Shown one piece after another: positions 61,501-64,000 of a stretch of DNA of 64,000 bases. A model generated the notes under the pieces. It worked only from the letters and a program-made list of their open reading frames with translations, ran no database searches and was not told the origin of the DNA. Every line of letters begins with the position of its first letter. The first letter of the stretch is position 1. The translations under genes and the position numbers were made by a program. The DNA is from Azolla caroliniana (Eukaryota > Plantae > Polypodiophyta): positions 310,001 to 374,000 of the forward strand of contig JBHGNT010000001.1 in NCBI GenBank assembly GCA_043228905.1. Reading direction: 5' to 3'.

Positions 61501-62636
61501 ACGTGTCGCACATCCTTCAGCAGCATCTTGCATCCGGTTGATGTCATCAGCCACACGTCTCCTATGCCGGCTATCCGGCACGTACCTTCATTTCCCATCC
61601 GGACACAGCCGTGCTCACCGGCTGTGTAGGATGAGAAGTATTTCTTCTCCGGGGTCAGGTGGAACGACGCTCCGGAATCGACCACCCAGGTCATCTCTAC
61701 ACCGGCAAGGTTCAGCTCCCTCTCTTCGGTAATAAGCATTATCTCTTCTTCACTTGCCGCGAGTGCCGTCGTTCCTTTCCGATCCTGCCCTCGCCGATCC
61801 GGACCTCTCCGGTCCGTGGCTCCCCGGTATGCACCGTTTCTCTCCGGTGATTTCTTCGAATCGGTGTCGTCGGCTCCGTTGTCCTTTCGGTAATGCCGAC
61901 AATTCTTCCGGAAGTGCCCCGGCTTCCCACAGTGGAAGCATGTTGGCCTTCCTCTTGACTGCGACCGGGTCCCCGACTTCTCCCGTCTTTGCGGACTCCG
62001 GTTCCACTGTCTTCCCCGTTCCGATTCGGTAAGCAGCGCCTTCGAGTCGGAGACCGGTTCTTTATCTCTCCGACGCGCTTCTTCGTTCAAAATACTTGTC
62101 TTTACCGTTTGTAGAGACAAGTTATCTTCGGTGCAGGAGGTGCTGAGAGTCACCACCAAGTTCTCCCAGCTGTCCGGCAATGTACACATCAGGATGATGG
62201 CTTGCATTGCATCCTCCAACGGGAACTTGATCGCCGCAAGCTGGTTCACGAATCCCATGAACGTGCTTACGTGTTCCACCATACTCTCGCCGTCCCGGTA
62301 CTTGAGGTTCACTATCTTCCTCATCAGGGAGGTCCGGTTCAACGCATTCTTCCTCTCATAGAGGCCCGACAGCTTCCGCCACATCTCATATGCGTTGGTG
62401 TCGTTCGCCACATGCTGTAGAACGCTTACATCGACATATTGTCGGATCGTCGCTACGGCTTTCTGGTTCAGGAGCTTCCACTCCGACTCAAGTACCCCCT
62501 TCGGTATTTCCGACCTGTCAATCGGTTCGTACAGGTCCCGAACAATCAGAAGATCCTCCATCTTGATCTTCCAGTCGGCGTAATTCTGCGCATTCAGCAC
62601 CATCATGCCCGGAGGCCCACTACCGGCGCCTTCCAT
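58563..62636 (-). CDS. Copia gag-pol polyprotein
   Basis: Open ORF from MEGAGSGPPG: CFHCGKPGHFRKNC, WVVDSGASFH, WHKRLCH, RADNGGEY, YKARIVVKG, YVDDML, RTKHIQRRYH. Confidence 0.97.
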   Translation of the reverse strand: MEGAGSGPPGMMVLNAQNYADWKIKMEDLLIVRDLYEPIDRSEIPKGVLESEWKLLNQKAVATIRQYVDVSVLQHVANDTNAYEMWRKLSGLYERKNALNRTSLMRKIVNLKYRDGESMVEHVSTFMGFVNQLAAIKFPLEDAMQAIILMCTLPDSWENLVVTLSTSCTEDNLSLQTVKTSILNEEARRRDKEPVSDSKALLTESERGRQWNRSPQRREKSGTRSQSRGRPTCFHCGKPGHFRKNCRHYRKDNGADDTDSKKSPERNGAYRGATDRRGPDRRGQDRKGTTALAASEEEIMLITEERELNLAGVEMTWVVDSGASFHLTPEKKYFSSYTAGEHGCVRMGNEGTCRIAGIGDVWLMTSTGCKMLLKDVRHVPEVRLNLISAGRLDDEGYTGSIRNGVMKFSKGSLIVARARKVNTLYLMNSRLCLEELNVAADTAGELWHKRLCHMSEKGMKRLAEDNLIPVKHVHLEKCTDCLAGKQNRTSFHSRPPTRRSAPLELVHTDVCQVETKSHGGAQYFVTFIDDHNRKLWTAPLKTKDQVLSVFKELHARVERESGKKLKAIRADNGGEYRGQFQEYCRSKGIRLEFTVPKTPELNGLAERMNRTIMERVRSMLAHAKLPKGFWAEAMSTATYMINRSPSVPLDGDTPQKVWTGKEVSYRHLKVFGCLAYVHVAKDRRGKLDPKTRPCIFLGYGDDEFGYRVWDPVDKKIFRSRDIIFMEDKTLADWESEKKMKSSKSTGEDKLYVEQSRPARDRLALEDPAEDGEETEPAEEDENDTGTGPDPEMDSDEEESEEPVTEAPERRYPLRERRAPRRFPEPEHVLLTDEGEPESFEEAKHDTQSRRWLSAMQDEMDSLHENHTYELVELPKGKRALRNKWVFKLKPGDAGNPPRYKARIVVKGFQQKKGVDFDEIFAPVVKMTSIRTVLSIAASMDLEVEQMDVKTAFLHGDLEEEIYMQQPEGFEKKGKEHLVCRLKKSLYGLKQAPRQWYRKFDSFMTDEGYHKTQSDHCVFVKKFEGGDFLILLLYVDDMLIVGRDQVKIWMLKKALHRTFSMKDLGPARQILGMHIIRDRKKKQLWLSQEKYVTKVLHRFNMSEARPVGSTLPANCKLSSKQSPKTKAEKEDMMKVPYASAVGSLMYAMVCTRPDIGYAVGVVSRYMSNPGKDHWNAVKWILRYLKGTANVCLRFGSGKPELDGFTDSDMSADEDTSRSTSGYVMTYAGGAVSWQSRLQKTVALSTTEAEYMAAVEAGKEIIWMKDFIRELGIRQEEYRLYCDSQSAIHLAKNAAYHSRTKHIQRRYHWIRERIEDQEFMLTKIHTEENGSDMLTKVLTPDKLEACRKRVGLERHPMPK

Positions 62637-63864
62637 TTTCTGTGTTACCGTCGCTCTGATACCACTTTGTCGAAATTCCGTGCTCGGCCACAACCGAGGA
62701 ACTGGATCGATTCACAGAAAACGGGAAATACAACAATGCACGAAAACAATAGAGAGAAGGGTACACTGGATGTTTTACGTGAAAACCCTAAATGGGAAAA
62801 ACCACGGGAGTGCAAGACTCCAACTATCACTATACGCGGGAATGTACAATGGCGAGCTGCAAGGCGACGACCTTGAGCTCACTGTCCTCGCCACAGGCGG
62901 CGGTATTACACAGAGGCGTCGACCTCTTCCTTCCTCTTTCTCTCTCACTCTCTCTCGGCTGCTCTCACTTCGCTCCCTCTTAGTGGAAAACAGAAAAAAA
63001 TGAGCAACAACATAAACTGTTTGCCCTAAGTCATATTTATACACATATGACTTTCGGGCTATTTACAAATATAGCCTCATGGGCTCTTGGCAAACATATT
63101 CACAAATATGTCCCCGCATCCGGATCTCCCTCCGGGTACATTCGTCATCCGGCTCCGTAACCGGGGTCTTCAGCATCCGGCTCCGTAGCCGGGGTATTCA
63201 TCATCCGGCTCCATAGCCGGGGTCTTCATCATCCGGCACCGTAGCCGGGGTCTTCATCATCCGGCACCGTAACCGCAACCGGGCTTGCCGTCATTCATCT
63301 CCGGACATCCCATCCGGAGGGACCGAAATCCCAACAGTGAGCACGAGGTCGTTGCCTCTGTGAACTCACTGTTGTACATACTAACATAGTGATAGTTTGC
63401 AGTGTGTGAGCTGCCGTGGTTTTTTCCCTAGTTTGGGGTTTTCCACGTAAACCTCCTGTGTACTCTTCTCTTCTTTGTGTCGTGCTTTCATTTCCCGTTT
63501 TCTGTGCATGAATCTAAGCTCGGTTGTGGCCGAGCGTTGCATATAGGGGAGCGTTTAGTTCCTGACACGAACTATGAGCCTCACGGAGCTCCTTTAATTC
63601 TGCATGCATCCGGACAGCTACGACCCGACAGAAGAACTCCAGCCTCAATGCCTCGTCTACGCCACGCTCCTCCATATCCGCGTTGTAGGCTCCCAAGTAA
63701 GATGGGACTTCGTCCCCATTGAAACGGCCGACTCTTTCGACCACTCGCTCAACCGCTTGTTGCGCTGCTTCTCGCCTCATCACCACTCGTGCCGACTCCA
63801 ACACCACTTCAGCCACCATCACCGCGAGGTCGTCTTCTTCCAACTCCATCCTCCCTTGCCGCCT

Positions 63865-63882
63865 TTCACGTCGGGTTCACCA
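63865..63882 (-). promoter_or_regulatory. Primer-binding site complementary to the 3' end of plant tRNA-Trp(CCA)
   Basis: The + strand reads TTCACGTCGGGTTCACCA, which I recognise as the last 18 nt (with CCA) of plant cytosolic tRNA-Trp. It lies 5 nt from the LTR end and 16 nt before the gag ATG. Confidence 0.8.
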
Positions 63883-64000
63883 AAAGATGTCGCGTTGTTA
63901 CGCGCGTGCGTGTAGAAGGGCGGGACCACGGGGGTCTCGGACGAGGGAAGAAGGGAAGCCGAGAAGATGATTCCGGACGCGTTCCGGAAGCAACCAAACG

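Larger units (their letters stand above)
57883..63336 (-). mobile_element. Intact Ty1/copia LTR retrotransposon (Tnt1/Tork-like), recent
   Basis: LTRs 57883-58552 and 62668-63336; I see one substitution and one 1-bp indel between them. TSD GTGAG. PBS TGGTATCAGAGCG at 62664-62652. PPT AAGGGGGAG directly after the stop codon. Confidence 0.97.
57435..63567 (+). mobile_element. Solo LTR of a copia sister family, split in two (57435-57882 and 63337-63567) by the nested copia
   Basis: TGTTGGGA...CCTGACA termini and TSD TGAAC/CGAAC. 29-bp CCGG-rich tandem units from 57493. Homologous to the nested element's LTR in the opposite orientation. Confidence 0.82.
55979..64000 (-). mobile_element. Gag-bearing LTR element with a tRNA-Trp PBS (probably non-chromovirus Ty3/gypsy); pol and 3' LTR missing, 5' LTR runs off the window
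   Basis: LTR end at 63888 and PBS at 63865-63882. Gag from ATG 63849 (RFNGDEVPSYLGAYN...ELREAHS) resumes at 57434 (SWEAFEEALLKAY...LTEDWSKV) after a nested insertion. The superfamily is inferred, since no pol is present. Confidence 0.75.

Overview
Eukaryotic land-plant nuclear DNA. A fern is likely (inference from the PLS-PPR style, long introns and TE content). The left 36 kb holds six genes: the 5' part of RST1, a Canopy/saposin-like ER protein, a Pro-rich single-TM protein, a 921-aa PLS-class PPR, an ALMT channel and a TOG/CLASP-N ARM protein. It also holds MITEs, a tRNA-like element and a young intact Ty1/copia with identical LTRs. From 40.4 kb to the end is a nested retroelement stack. 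A decayed Ty3/gypsy host carries three solo LTRs and two copia copies, and on the right the nesting reaches five layers, ending in a second intact copia. The most unusual signals are an LTR family with an 18-nt tRNA-Trp primer-binding site and 4-bp ACGT target duplications, a U3 module shared between unrelated-looking LTRs, fold-backs formed by antisense insertion of a copia into a sister LTR, a LINE fragment inside a (CT)n tract, and a host LTR with no tRNA PBS. All calls were made by eye; no alignments or database searches were run.
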